64,000 nt of DNA from contig OZ242008.1 in the NCBI GenBank assembly GCA_965204735.1, positions 416,001-480,000 of the forward strand. The letters run 5' to 3'. The notes beneath the pieces are model-generated. The model did no database searches and was not told the origin of the DNA. It was given only the letters and a program-made list of their open reading frames with translations. Positions 20,238 to 32,800 of the stretch are shown here, piece by piece. The position numbers were made by a program, and so were the translations under genes. Every line of letters begins with the position of its first letter. The stretch's first letter is position 1. Source of the stretch: Longimicrobiales bacterium. GTDB lineage: Bacteria > Gemmatimonadota > Gemmatimonadetes > Longimicrobiales > Gaopeijiaceae.

Positions 20238-20599
20238 CGTTTTCGCGAGCGCTTGCCCATGGGTTTCTGCGGGTTGCCGCCCGAGAGGACGCGGGGCTCG
20301 GCCGTCGCTGATCTCCGCCGAAGGTCGTGTTCTCTCCAGTCGGGAACGTAGGCGGTCATCAGGGCCTTGAAGAGCTTGCCGTGGTTGGGGACCCGGAGGT
20401 GGAGCAGCTCGTGAGCGATCACAAAGTCCTGGAACCCTGGCGGCTGGCCGGCCAAGTCGGTGGCCAGCGTGACGTTGCCCGCCGTGGAGCAGGAGCCCCA
20501 CTTCCGGGTCATCCGCCGAATCCGAACGGACTTGGGCTGCACGTCGAGGCGGGTTGCCCACGAAAGCACGCGACCGCGAAGGGCGTCAGTCGTCGTCAT
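20234..20599 (-). CDS. Short M48/YgjP-like (DUF45) zinc metallopeptidase
   Basis: [24 protein letters not shown] (HEXXH); overlaps hsdR 3' end, a usual neighbour of hsdR. Confidence 0.85.
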   Translation of the reverse strand: MTTTDALRGRVLSWATRLDVQPKSVRIRRMTRKWGSCSTAGNVTLATDLAGQPPGFQDFVIAHELLHLRVPNHGKLFKALMTAYVPDWREHDLRRRSATAEPRVLSGGNPQKPMGKRSRKR

Positions 20600-23564
20600 C
20601 GGGCGTGCCCAGCACGAGGTTCATGATGCGGTCCACCACTTGCTTGCGGCGACCGCTGGTCAGCTTGAGCAACGGACTGTACAGGTGCCGTCGCAACAGG
20701 CGTTGCTCGTGCTCGCTGTGCTTCGCACTGGGGAAGCGGAGAAGCAGCTCGTCGATCCGGCGAGCCAACTCCATGGCCGACGTCGCCGCTCCGGTCACGG
20801 CCGACTCCTTCCGCAGCTCCCAGTAGACTCCAAAGGCCCTCGCGGACAGTCCACTTTCCTCTGCGGCCGCAAGCGCTTCGTCCTTCTCCTCGGCCAGCCC
20901 GGCAAGCAGGTCCATCGCCTCCATGGAGGATATCTGGCGCGTCTCCAGGTCTCGCTGCACGCGCTCGGCGCGCTCCTGCAACGGCAAGAGGACGGCGGCC
21001 AGCTCGGCGTTGTCGTCGATCTCCTTGCGCATCCCTCGCAACAGGTTGAACACCATGGCTTCGTCGCGCTCCGGCTCTTCTCGCAACTCCTCCAACGTCT
21101 TCAAGTCGAAGGTGACCGCTCGCGGGACGTGGCCCAGCCCTTCGGTGACGGCGCTCTTCTGAATCATGGCGCGGGTCTTGGCGGCCAAATCGGCCACGTA
21201 GTCCACCTTGCGGGCGTAAGCGGCCTGCGTTGCCGCGTAGAGGCCGGCCAGCAGCTTGTAGGAATCGAGGTGGTCGCGCAGCTCGTCGGAGGGCGACAGT
21301 ATCTCCATCAGTGCCTCGATCTCCTTGTAGGACTCGAAGAACTCGTTGCGCGCGGTCGGATCGCGAAGCTGGTCGTATACGCGCTGCTCCAGCCAGGCGT
21401 CGTCGGCTCCTTCGACCGCTCCCGCAAGGTACTTCGCCTCTGCTCGGGCCAGCTTGTCGCGGAAGTCGCCCAGGAGCACGTCGATGCCCTCGACGACCCC
21501 GCTCACGTCGGTGGAATCGAAGCGCAGCGCCTTCTCCAGCGCCTGAAGCACGCCCACGAAGTCCACCACGAGCCCGATCCGCTTGCGGGCGCCGGTGTCC
21601 GGGTCCACGTGAGGCCGGTTCACGCGAGCAATCGCTTGCAGGAGCACATGGTCGCGCATGGGCTTGTCGAGGTACATGCAGTACAGCAGCGGCGCGTCGA
21701 ACCCCGTGAGCAGCTTGTCGGTCACGATCAGGATTCTCGGGTTCTCGCCCGCCTTCTTGAACATCAGCCGCGCTTCGTCCTCCTGGTCCCGCGACAGCTG
21801 AAGCTCCGCGACGATCGGCCGCTTCACGACGTCGTCGGGGTTCTCGGTGTAGACGGGCGCGGTCCATTCCGGCGGAAGCAGCTTGTCGAGGGCCCGCTTG
21901 TACTTGGCGCAAGCCTCTCGGTTCACGCCGACCAGGAACGCCTTGTAGCCCAAGGGTTGCACGTTCTCGCGGAAGTGGCGGGCGACGTAGGCCGCAACCT
22001 TGTCCACGCGGTCGTCGGCGGTCAGGAAGGCGCGCAGCCCGACGGCGCGGTCCAGGACCTTGTTGAGCTCGTCCACGTCGGTGACGCCCTCGGCGGCGGC
22101 CATGGCGAAGAACTCGTCGTCCAGCTGCTGGGCCGGCAGGGTCGTCTCGCTGGGCGCCACGACGTGGCGGATCGGGAGCGTGGTCTCGTCCTCGATCGAC
22201 TCGGCGATCGTGTACTTGTGCAGATAGCCCTTCTCGTCGTCGGCGCCGAATATCTTGAACGTCCCCCGGCCGTGCTCGGTCTTGGCGATCGGCGTGCCGG
22301 TGAAGCCGACGATGGTGGCGTTCGGCACCGCGCCCATGAGGTAGGTGCCCAGATCGCGGGCGACGGAGCGGTGCGCCTCGTCGATGAAGACGAAGACGTT
22401 GTCGCGGGTGCTCGCGTTCTTGTCGAGCCCCTCGAACTTGTGGATCATCGACAGGATCAGCCCGCGCCTGTCGGCTCGGAGCAGCTCCGCCAGCTCGGCC
22501 TTGGAGCCGGCCTGGTGCACCGCGATGTCCTGCTGCTGCATCTCGCCCAGCAGACGCTCGACCCACTCTCGGAGCTGCCCTTCAAGGTCGATCCGGTCCA
22601 CCACGACAATTACGGTGGGCGCCTGGAAGCGTTCGCGGTCCTGGAGCAGCAACCGGGCCGCCGTGAGGAGCGTGAAGGTCTTGCCCGAGCCTTGGGTGTG
22701 CCAGACCAGCCCCCGTCGCTTCTTCGGCTCCGCGCATCGTTCGACCACCCGCGTCGCGGCCCGCCGCTGGTGCTGCCGCAGCACCGTCTTCCGCGTTACG
22801 CCGTCCTCGACGTAGAACAGAATCCAGTCGCGGAGCGTCCGCAGGAAGTCGGTCGGCTCGAAGAAGGATTGGACGGCGAAGCGGTAGCTGTCGTCGAAGC
22901 CGCGCTTGCCCTTGTCGCTGGGCGATTCCTTCCAGCGCGCCATGAAGCGGCGCGACAGGTTCCACGTCACCCCGTACCAGTAGTCGAGCATGTGCGTGAC
23001 GTTGAAGAGCTGGGCCGAGCCGACCAGCTCCGGCGTGCTCGCCTCGTACCGCTTCAGCTGATTCAGGCCCCGCTCGATGGCGTCGGCCTGCTTGGGGTTC
23101 TTGTGCTCCACGATCGCCACGGGCAGCCCGTTGACGACGAACATGAGGTCCGCCCGCGCCCCGCGGCGTCGGGCAGGCGGTCTGATCGACCACTCCCATG
23201 TGACGTGAAGGACGTTGGCGTTCGGTTCGTCGAAGTCGATCAGCCGGACGAACCGCTGCCGCATCTCCGTCTCGTCGTACCATTGCCTTTCCCCGCGCAT
23301 CCAGCCCAGCATCTGGCGGTTCCCCTCGACCGTCGACGGCGTGGCCTCGATCCGCTCCACGACGGACCGGACGGCGTCGGCAGTCAGCCAAGGGTTGAAG
23401 CGACGGATGGCGGCTTCGAGCACGTCGCGGAAGAAGGCACCTTCCCGGCCTCCTCGCTCGGCCGTGGCCACCTTAGGCTCCAGCGGCGTCCAGCCGACCT
23501 CCTGCGCGTGCCGGACCATCGGAAACTGGGCGACGGCCGCCTCGTCGATCCGGCGGAGGGTCAC
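20586..23564 (-). CDS. hsdR: Type I restriction endonuclease subunit R
   Basis: Nuclease motif [18 protein letters not shown], Walker [35 protein letters not shown]. Confidence 0.95.
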   Translation of the reverse strand: MTLRRIDEAAVAQFPMVRHAQEVGWTPLEPKVATAERGGREGAFFRDVLEAAIRRFNPWLTADAVRSVVERIEATPSTVEGNRQMLGWMRGERQWYDETEMRQRFVRLIDFDEPNANVLHVTWEWSIRPPARRRGARADLMFVVNGLPVAIVEHKNPKQADAIERGLNQLKRYEASTPELVGSAQLFNVTHMLDYWYGVTWNLSRRFMARWKESPSDKGKRGFDDSYRFAVQSFFEPTDFLRTLRDWILFYVEDGVTRKTVLRQHQRRAATRVVERCAEPKKRRGLVWHTQGSGKTFTLLTAARLLLQDRERFQAPTVIVVVDRIDLEGQLREWVERLLGEMQQQDIAVHQAGSKAELAELLRADRRGLILSMIHKFEGLDKNASTRDNVFVFIDEAHRSVARDLGTYLMGAVPNATIVGFTGTPIAKTEHGRGTFKIFGADDEKGYLHKYTIAESIEDETTLPIRHVVAPSETTLPAQQLDDEFFAMAAAEGVTDVDELNKVLDRAVGLRAFLTADDRVDKVAAYVARHFRENVQPLGYKAFLVGVNREACAKYKRALDKLLPPEWTAPVYTENPDDVVKRPIVAELQLSRDQEDEARLMFKKAGENPRILIVTDKLLTGFDAPLLYCMYLDKPMRDHVLLQAIARVNRPHVDPDTGARKRIGLVVDFVGVLQALEKALRFDSTDVSGVVEGIDVLLGDFRDKLARAEAKYLAGAVEGADDAWLEQRVYDQLRDPTARNEFFESYKEIEALMEILSPSDELRDHLDSYKLLAGLYAATQAAYARKVDYVADLAAKTRAMIQKSAVTEGLGHVPRAVTFDLKTLEELREEPERDEAMVFNLLRGMRKEIDDNAELAAVLLPLQERAERVQRDLETRQISSMEAMDLLAGLAEEKDEALAAAEESGLSARAFGVYWELRKESAVTGAATSAMELARRIDELLLRFPSAKHSEHEQRLLRRHLYSPLLKLTSGRRKQVVDRIMNLVLGTPDDDD

Positions 23565-23572
23565 GGGAAGAA

Positions 23573-23951
<379 letters not shown>

Positions 23952-23963
<12 letters not shown>

Positions 23964-25355
23964 CTTGGTCCGCATCCACCGAGCAGACCAGCCCGTGCCA
24001 CGCAACTGCACTAGCCCTTCGTCTCGGAGTTCCTCCAACATTCTTCGCAGCTGCGCCTCGCTCACACTACCCCGCATCCCCGAGAGGAGCTCCCTCCGGG
24101 TCATGCCCCCAGCAGCACCATCCAGAAGCACCAGCACCTCCGTCCTTGCCGGAACCGCCCCTTCCGCGACACCCTCGGGGCCCATTTGTCCGTGTTGGAA
24201 CCGGACGATCACGGAGTCGCCCTGCTCCTCGATCTCGGGCCGGGGCAACCCGGCAGCGATCGCCGTTTCGGCCATCCTGATTGTCCCCGTGCCCCACGTC
24301 TCGATGATGCCTCTGCGATAGAACGTTCGGGCGATCCAGGGGTTCCACAGCCGGGACCTGTGCGGCTCAAAAAGGTCTTCCGGCGTCAGTCCAAAGTGCA
24401 ACGGACCGGGCGACGTGATCTCCAGCCGGTCGTCGTACATGGCCAGTCCGATGGAGCCGCCGAAGACGGCGTAGTCACGGTGGCAGAGAGCGTTCGCTAG
24501 CGCCTCCCTGGTCGCCAAGACCGGGTACAAGGGCTCGTCGAGCCGGTCGAATCGGTTCGGGTCAAACCGTCCCGCGATGGGCACCCACTCGCGTAGGAAC
24601 CGTTCGCCCGCTCGCAACAGCTCGAAAGCGTTGCCAGCGAACTGGCGGTTGTCGAGAAACTTCGACCGATCCACCCCGCGAAACCGAGCCACGCGAAGTA
24701 AGCACTGAGGAAAGTCCAGCTCCAGGCGCTCGCGCTTGCCGAACAGCACGGCGGCGGCCCGATACACAACGTCACCCTGTATCAGGCCTAGTCCGAGCAA
24801 TAGGTCCTCGACGCCTCTACGCTCCGGTTCGTCCAACCGTTCCCGTCGTACGGCCTCTGCGACCGTATTCCGAACCTCGTCTCCGTCGAGGTCGTCGATC
24901 GACCATCCCGCAGCTTCCTGGTTCTCCCAGCGGTCGCTCTTGTGATACCGCTCCAAGACCGCCCGACCGTGCTCGTCCGCCGACATCGGCAGCGTGACGT
25001 TGCCTACACGGCGGTAGCCCTGGCCTCGGTAGGTGTACGGCTTGCCTTCGCCCGCCTTCACCCGCACGACGACCACGTCGCGCCCATTCCCCACATTCAC
25101 GCGAATCACCTCTGGGTAGGCCGCCGGCTGAATCCGGCCAATCTCCGCGCCAAGTTCCTCCAACGTCCGGTCGCTGACTTGCTGTCCCACGACCGCACCA
25201 TCCGGCTTGACCCCGAACATCACGTAGCCGCCGCGCTGGTTGAGCATAGCGCATATGGTCTGCGCGGCCTCGCGGCGACCGCCGGTCGTCGTCTTCAGCT
25301 CCAACGTCTCGGACTCGCCGAATTCAACGAGGAGGGCGAGCTGGTCAGCGGTCAT
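23952..25355 (-). CDS. AlbA_2/Schlafen-like domain + HATPase_c_4 (RecG C-terminal-like) + winged-HTH protein
   Basis: GESETLELK...[16 protein letters not shown] (AlbA_2), [29 protein letters not shown] (HATPase_c_4), C-terminal wHTH. Confidence 0.88.
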
Positions 25356-27928
25356 GGGATACTCCTGCTGTCCGGGCCGACTCTTTCCGATCCAATGTGC
25401 GTCCCTGATCTTGAGGCTGCGCGACGATCACTCGAGTTCGGCCAGTAGCAATTCTATGCAACAGTGCTCTGTACAGTTGTCCCGTGACACCTTCTTGGGT
25501 GCGATACAGACGAACTCTTTCTCTGACTCCGCTCAGGACAGATACGATTACCCGCTGTTCCGCTAGTGATGGCACTGGTATCCGCTGAGCTAGGACATCA
25601 GTGTCGCGAACAGCGGGATAGCTCGCACCTGTTTCCAACGATGAAATGTCGCTGACGACTGTGTCGAGTTGCATTACATGAAAAAGATAATCGGAGTCAA
25701 TTACGTTGGGATCAGCCCTCAATACACAGAAGGCCGTCGATACTATTTCTCCATGAAGTCGATCAGGGATTTGTGCTATCCGCCGCAATGCCGGACGTAT
25801 AGTGGCAAAGATCGTGTCTCCGGCATGCACGATTTTGCGTGCCCGGCTAGGTATGGTCTCAGGGCGTCGGTACTCGACTTCCTTCGTGATTGTGAGTGTA
25901 TCGCGCGATACACCGGAAACGGCGACGTACCGAATTGATGGTCTGGGCTCACGTCGAGGATTCCAAACTGAGACTGGAATCGTTACGTTGCCTATCTCCG
26001 TATGCCGCCAGTCCGAGGGCGGAGCCGCTACATGATCCATGGACAGAGATGCAAGCATCGACAACATCTTTTGCTCCAATCTAGACTGTTCCAAAGACAA
26101 TCGACTCATTGAAGCTACAAGATCATCCAACTGATCGCCGTCTGTAGTTCTTGTACGTGCCTGCGTCGTCCATCGGCTTGGAATAAGGCTATAGTCTACT
26201 GCTGCGATCTCGCTTGTCGACACAACTGCAACCTGACGGATCGTCGTATCTGCATCCAGAAACATGGCGGCCAAAGCCGGAATAGCCGCCTGGGACAAAT
26301 GGTTCTTGGCTCTCCCTCTGCGCGCCCATTCGCTAGCATCCAGCAGCACCACCTTCCCTCGTCGCGCTGGCGGCTTGTCCTTCGACAGCACCACGATCAC
26401 ACCTGCGGCCGTCGTGTTGTAGAACAGGTTGTCCGGGAGGAGGATCACGCCCTCGATCAGGTCGTTGTCCACGAACCACTTGCGGATGTTCCGCTCCTTG
26501 TCCTCGTGCTTCGCGCCGGAGCCGCGCGTCACGGCGCCGGTGTCCAGCACCACGGCGGCACGACCGCGCTCGTTCAGGCACGCCAGCGTGTGCTGGAGCC
26601 ATGCCCAGTCGCCCTTTCCGCTGGTCGGCCCTCCGGCGGTGCGGAAACGGTCGAAGGGGTCGTTGGCGAAGGTCGCCGGGTTGAACGGTTGGTTCCACAT
26701 TGGGTTGGCGACCACGATGTCGTGGGTGTCGATCTTGCCGGAGGCGGTTTTGAACTTCGGGTTGATCATCGTGTCGCCGCGTGCGATCTCCACGTCCATG
26801 TCGTGGATGATGGCGTTCATCTTGGCAGTGGCGTAGCTCTCGGCCTGGAGTTCTTGGCCGGCCAGCTTGAGGGGCACGCGGGTAGTGGGATCAAGTTCTC
26901 GGGCGACCAATTGAAGCTTGAGCAGCAGGCCGGCCGAGCCGCAGGCGTAGTCGTGGCACTTGTCTCCAGGCTTTGGGCGCATGATGTGCGCCATCAGGAA
27001 GGCGACCTCCGTCGGCGTGAAGAACTCACCCCCGCTTCGACCCGATCCCTCCGCGAACTTGCGCAGCCAGGAACTCGTAGGCGCGACCTAGAAAGTCGGG
27101 CTGCACGTCGGCGAGGCCGAGGCGATAGTCGGGGTCCGAGAAGGTCTCGATGACCTGGGCGAGCTTGGCCGGGTTGACGTCGCGCTCGCCGTTGCGCTCC
27201 CCCGCGAAGTCCACGACGTCGATGACGCCGGACAGGGAAGGGTTCTGGCGCACGACCGCCCGCACGGCCTTGGTCAGATGCTCCCCGACGTCCCTCGGGG
27301 CCGTGCTTCGGCCTTCGGCATCGCGGGGCCACTCGTGCGGTTCCCGACCGCTGATCACCGCCCAACGGGCCTCCGGCGGCAAGTAGAAGCGGAGGAGATC
27401 GTGGTCCTCCTCGGCGATCTCCCTGGCAACGTCCGCATTGCCGTATTCGGTTTCGAGTCGAGCGATCTCGTCGTCGAACACGTCGGAGAGGCGCTTCAGG
27501 AACAGGAGCGGCAGCAGATAGTCCTTGAACTTCGCCGCATCTCGTTGGCCGCGGATCGAACAGGCGGCGCTCCACAGCATCTTCTCCATGGCCGTGGTGT
27601 CGGACGATCCCGAGGTCTCGGCCGCGCGGCCGCTCTTCTTCGTCTTCCGCCGTCGCGCACGGCTCTTTGGACCGCTGGACGCCTCCGGAACGTTCCCGGA
27701 ATCCGCCGCCATCCAGTCGACACCCGCCTCCTCGGCCAGTGCCGCGATGGCCTCTCTGGACGCTCGCTGCGGCTTGACTTTGCCGCCCTCCCAGCGGTTG
27801 ACGCTGGCGAAGGACACGTCGAGTCGCTCAGCAAGCTCCTCCTGCGTGAGGTCCAGGGCCTCGCGGATGGCCCGGAGCGTAGCCGGGATGTTGCGTGGCT
27901 CAATCACGAAGACAGAGGGCACGGCCAT
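25345..27928 (-). pseudogene. hsdM: XRE-HTH + HsdM (N6-MTase) + single HsdS-type TRD fusion, split by a one-base insertion near 27067 (real or sequencing error)
   Basis: ORF 27026..28030 gives HTH ([21 protein letters not shown]) and HsdM_N ([18 protein letters not shown]). ORF 25345..26994 gives [12 protein letters not shown] and a TRD ([33 protein letters not shown]). Removing one base restores [22 protein letters not shown]; ~860 aa repaired. Start 27928 or GTG 27907. Confidence 0.85.
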
Positions 27929-28727
27929 CGTTGTGGAACAGCCGGTGCAAGCCGAGCATGACGAGTTGCCTGGCCTGACCGATGAAGGGCGTCTGAGCCA
28001 GCGTTCGGTTTTCGTCGTCCGTGAGGCCATTCATCAAGTCGTCGGCCGTGTAGCCCTCGAAGCGCTGGTGCTCCGGCCAATCCCGAGGATCGTTCCACGG
28101 ATCGACCAAACCGAGCGTCTCCGCTATGTCGCGGGTACAACCGCCGAAACCTCCCACCAGGAACAACGGCTGTCCGGCCTCCAACGACAGCAGCGCCTCT
28201 TCGGCAATGCCCGGCATCTTGCCCTTGTAGTTCTCGACTTGGCCACCGATGGCTATTCGGCCGCTCGTTTCGGCTCGCATCATCGCCCGCATGCTTGTCA
28301 GACCTGATCGCCAATCCCTCTCGCTCGGCTCGCATGACGGGAGCTTTCGACGCTCGTCGGCAGACATCCGCGTGCCGTTGAGGCCGACAAAGGTCAGATG
28401 CGCGACGTGGTCCACGCTGGCCGCAACTTCGTCCAAGTCGCTTGTGGACATCCGAATGTGGACAGGCCACGCGAAGTAGTTGGTCATGCGAATCGCCGTT
28501 TGGCCGGGTCGCCGGTACCGTCCCGCCAGCTCGAAGAGCACTTCGGTGAAACCCCGCTCGCGAAGGTCGCCGCCGTAGGCCAAGTCCACTCCCGAGGCCA
28601 GAAGTTCTACAACAAGCTCCACGAACGTGTCCCACACATGGTCCACACTGACTCCCAGTCCGTTGGTGTCCGGGCTGTCGGAGATCGAGACGGCGATGGC
28701 TCGCGGCGGATGCAGAGCCGTGTTCAT
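27900..28727 (-). CDS. SLOG-superfamily protein (LD_cluster2-like), copy B
   Basis: [65 protein letters not shown] before ATG 28727. Confidence 0.78.
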   Translation of the reverse strand: MNTALHPPRAIAVSISDSPDTNGLGVSVDHVWDTFVELVVELLASGVDLAYGGDLRERGFTEVLFELAGRYRRPGQTAIRMTNYFAWPVHIRMSTSDLDEVAASVDHVAHLTFVGLNGTRMSADERRKLPSCEPSERDWRSGLTSMRAMMRAETSGRIAIGGQVENYKGKMPGIAEEALLSLEAGQPLFLVGGFGGCTRDIAETLGLVDPWNDPRDWPEHQRFEGYTADDLMNGLTDDENRTLAQTPFIGQARQLVMLGLHRLFHNDGRALCLRD

Positions 28728-28748
28728 GCGTGCCTCCGTATCCAATCG

Positions 28749-29606
28749 TCAAGCGTGTGAAGCTGCACGCTCGGGTCGATGAAACAGGCTGCGGCCGTCT
28801 CTGCGGTAGAGGCGGTACAGGCCCGTCATGACCAAGTTCACGGCCTGGCCGATGTAGGACGTATGGGCGAGCTTTCGGTTCTCGTCGGCGGTGAGCCCGT
28901 TGCCCAGAGAATCCACCGAGTAGGCGTCGAACATGCGGCGACCCGGCCACGAGCGTACCCCGTTCCACGGTTCGATCACTCCCATGGCTTCCGCTATGTC
29001 CCTGGTGCAGCCTCCGAATCCGCCAACCAGAAACACCGGCTGTCCCGCCTGGAGCGACAGCAGCGCCTCCTCGGCGATGCCGGGCATCTTGCCCTTGTAG
29101 TTTTCCACCTGACCGCCGACCACGATTCGTGCGCTTGTGTTGTCGAGCATCGTCGTCCGCATGGAGGTAAGGCCGAGCCGCCACTCCTCGTCGTCGGGCT
29201 CTCTTGAAGGCAGGGCCCGGCGAACCTCGGTGGAGATGGGTGCCCCGTCGGGTCCGACCAGCACCAGCCGGGCGGCGGGCGCCACGGCGGCCGCAACCTC
29301 GTCCAAGTCGCCCACGGTCATGCGAATGTGAACCGGCCAAGCCAAGTAGTTGACGACGCGAGTCAGGGCCTGGCCGCGTCGCTGGTATCGGCCGACGAGC
29401 TCAAACAGCAGCTCGGTGAAGCCGCCGTTGCGACGGCTGCGCATGTCTCCGCCGTAGGCGAGATCCGTCCCGGTCGCGAGGAGGAATACCGCCAGCTCTG
29501 CCAGTATGTCGTCCAGGTGCTCGTCGATGAATCCGAGGACTGCCATGTCCGGACTCGCGGACACGGAGACGCCGATGGCCTTGGGGACATGGAGCCGTGT
29601 AGTCAT
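28749..29606 (-). CDS. SLOG-superfamily protein (LD_cluster2-like), copy A
   Basis: C-terminal part of ORF 28749..31874 from MTTRLH (ATG 29606, GAGG RBS). Same motifs as copy B; colinear paralogue. Confidence 0.78.
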   Translation of the reverse strand: MTTRLHVPKAIGVSVSASPDMAVLGFIDEHLDDILAELAVFLLATGTDLAYGGDMRSRRNGGFTELLFELVGRYQRRGQALTRVVNYLAWPVHIRMTVGDLDEVAAAVAPAARLVLVGPDGAPISTEVRRALPSREPDDEEWRLGLTSMRTTMLDNTSARIVVGGQVENYKGKMPGIAEEALLSLQAGQPVFLVGGFGGCTRDIAEAMGVIEPWNGVRSWPGRRMFDAYSVDSLGNGLTADENRKLAHTSYIGQAVNLVMTGLYRLYRRDGRSLFHRPERAASHA

Positions 29607-29685
29607 GGCCGGTTCCTCACGTACCAGTCGTCCATCGTGCGCAGCTGGACACTTGGGTCGATGCCGTCTCGCCGACAGCTTGGGA

Positions 29686-29749
29686 GATCGGAAACGGATC
29701 GCGGGTCTGCGATATAGCGAATATAGCACATATGGCAGAAATGGGAAGC
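29686..29749 (-). promoter_or_regulatory. AT-rich element with three 9-bp units, copy 2; candidate promoter/operator of the SLOG-RM operon
   Basis: ATATAGCGA ATATAGCAC ATATGGCAG at 29712-29738. Minus strand reads TGCTATATT (extended -10-like) ~110 bp upstream of SLOG copy A. Confidence 0.55.
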
Positions 29750-29806
29750 GGACGGCCAGAAATCGCCGGCAAACCACCCGTTTGGCGGCCAGCTGCCGGT
29801 CAAGCG

Positions 29807-32800
29807 TCACGTCCCGGCTGTCGCCGAAAGGCCGTAGGGCTCGAGCAAGGCGTTCAGCTCGGGAACCGTGGTCGTGGCGAGTTCGTTCAGCCGCCCGACG
29901 GCTTGGCGGGCGTTCTCGCGCACTCGTGCCAGCCTCCGGCGCTGGTCGTCCGAGGGCCCGGCAAGGGACCCCGTCGTGGACGGACCGCCGTCGAACTTGC
30001 CGATCAGGCCGGTCCACCAGTTCCGCAGGTCGTTGTTGACTTGGCGCCACTCGTCGGCGGTCTCCTTGATCGTGTCGGCCAGCGCCTGGGCCCTTGTCGC
30101 GGCTGCGTCGTCCGGCGCCAGCACAGCCAACGAATCCACGGCCTCCGTCGCCGCCCGCTCCATCTCGTATGCCGTCGTTCCTTCGTCGTAGGCGAGCCTC
30201 TGAAGCTCGTAGAGTTCCAACGTGAACTCGTACCGCGCCAAGCGTTCTTCGGCGGGAACAGGGAAGAGCGGATCGGGACGCACGACCAGCTCCTGCACTC
30301 GCTGGCCGTCCCGCGCCTCCTCCCCGTTCACGACGAGCTCGACCGAGTAGGCGCCGGGAAGGACCAGAGGCCCGTCGGGACCCGTGTCCAGGTTGGGCAC
30401 TTCGTAACGGGCGGTGTCGTGCGGGACGGGATCGTGGCGCAGGTCCCACGAGGCCCGGTTCAGGCCGGCTGCCCCAGGTCCGTGCAGCGTGCGCACCAAG
30501 TCGTTCGCTTCGTTGCGGATGCGCAGCTGAACGCCCTCGCCGCCCAACGCCTCGGGCAGCCGATAGTCCAGGTTGGCGCCGTAGGCCGGGTTCTCCGCCC
30601 GGTAGACCCCCTGGCCCATGGACGGGACGTCGTTGCGGTAGAGGAAGAGCGTCGCGGGACGAGGCGCGAAGAGCCGGGGGCCGTCGGTTGCCGAGGAGCC
30701 GCCGGACCCGACGGCGCCCCCGTCCGACAGCGGCGTGATGTCGTCCAGGATCCAGATGCTCCGTCCATGCGTACCGGCCACGACGTCGTTCTCTCGGGAG
30801 TGGATCTCGATGTCGTCCACGGGAACGGCGGGCATCCCGGAGCCCAAGCGCGCCCATGTCGTCCCCCGGTCCACCGACGCGAAGACGCCGTTCTCCGCGC
30901 CCGCCACCAGCAGGTCCGGGTTGCGGGGATGCTCGCGCACTACGTTGACCGTGGCGCTTCCGGCCATTGCCAAGCCCTCCGACAGCGAACGCCACGTCGC
31001 CCCCATGTCTTCGGTCGCGAACACGTAGGGGCCGTAGTCGTCGTCCCAGTGGCGGTCCAGGCTCAAGTACGCCCGTTCGGCTTCGGCGTGGGACGCCTCC
31101 ACCCAGCTCACGTATGAGGGGAACGGCGTGCCGTCGCCGGCGCCGCCCACGTCGGTCCAGCTGTCGCCGCCGTCCCGACTTGCTCGGATGCTGCCGTCGT
31201 CCGCGCCCGTCCATAGCAGACCGGGCGTCACCGGCGACTCGGCGACGGCCGTGATCTCGCCGTAGCCCGATGCTCCGTCGTGCTTGGAGAGCGTCGTGGA
31301 GTCGGGAAGGACGCCCATGATCGGAAGGCTGTCCTGGTGAAGCGCCAGCGTAAGGTCTTCCGTGGCCCGCCAGCTCGCGCCCCGGTCGTCGGAGATGAAC
31401 AATCGGTTGCCGCCCAGGTACACGCGACTTGCGTCGTGCGGCGAGACCAGGATCGGCGACTTCCAGTCGAAGCGAAACTCCTCCGTCGTGTCGCGGGGGA
31501 AGGGCTTGAGGGCCTTGCGGTCGCCAGTGGCCACGTCCACCCGCACGATGCCGGCGTTCTGCGAAGTCACGTACACGGTTCCTGGGTCGGACCAGTCCGT
31601 TTCGGCGTACATGCCGTCGCCGTAGTCCACAACTTGCCAATCCCGGTTGAGGATTCCCTGGTATCGGCGCGTGCGGCTCGGCCCTCGGTAGGAGTTGTTG
31701 TCCTGCAGCCCGCCGTAGACGTTGTACGGCTCCGACATGTCCAAGTCCACGTCGTAGAACTGGCCGATGGGAAGGTTGGCGACAAAGCTCCAGTTGGCTC
31801 CCATGTCCCATGTCGTGTACACGCCGCCGTCGTTGCCGAGGATCATGTGGCGGGAGTCGCGCGGGTCGATCCAAAGGTCATGATGATCCACGTGCACTCC
31901 GGTGTTGTACTCGAGCTCCATGGGGAGCGCGTCGAACGTCTGCCCGCCGTCCTCCGAGCGGTGCAGCGCTCCCGCGACCAAGTACACGCGCTGGTCGTCG
32001 TTGGGGTCGATGCGCAGCTGGCTGTAGTACATGGGGCGCTGGTTCAGGTCGTTGACCTTGCTCCACGACTCGCCCCGGTCCGTGGACTTGTACACGCCGC
32101 CTTCCTCGGCTTCGACGATCGCCATGACCAGCGCCGGGGTTCGGCTGGAAACGGCCAAGCCGATCCTCCCCTTGTCGCCCTCGGGCAGCCCGTTCGTCAG
32201 CTCGCGCCAAGTGGCGCCGCCGTCGGTCGTCTTGTGCACGCCGCTGCCGGGACCGCCGCCGACGAAGCCCCACGCCCGTCGCCGACGCTGGTAGGCCGCC
32301 GCGTACAGCACCGAAGGGTCGGACGGGTCAATGGCCAGATCGACCACGCCGGTGTCGTCGTCCACGTGCAGGACCTTTTCCCAGGTGGCGCCACGGTCGA
32401 CGGTCTTGTACACCCCCCGCTCGGCGTTCGGGCCGAAGAGGTGGCCCAGCGCGCCTACCCAGACCACGTCCGGGTTCGTGGGGTGCACCACGATCCTGCC
32501 CACGTGCTTCGTCTCCTCCAGGCCGGCGAACCGCCACGTCTTGCCGCCGTCGGTGGAGTGGTATACGCCTGCGCCCCAGGGCGAGCTGTTCCGGTTGTTG
32601 GCTTCTCCCGTCCCCACCCACACCTCCAGCGGGTCCGAAGGAGCTATTGCCATGTCCCCCACCGAGAGGTTGGCCGCGTCGTCCAACACCGGCGTCCACG
32701 TGGTTCCGTGGTTATCGCTCTTCCACACCCCGCCCGAGGCCGTCCCGACGTAGACGAGCGACTGGCTGCCCGGCGCGACCTCCAAGTCGGTGATCCGTCC

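Noticed and set aside
27040..27080. Programmed ribosomal frameshift in hsdM
   Set aside because: No slippery heptamer or homopolymer at the site; a simple insertion explains it.
28749..31874. 1041-aa ORF as a SLOG fused to a large effector
   Set aside because: The upstream part is an alternate frame of the VPS10 gene; an RBS and ATG at 29606 mark the true start.
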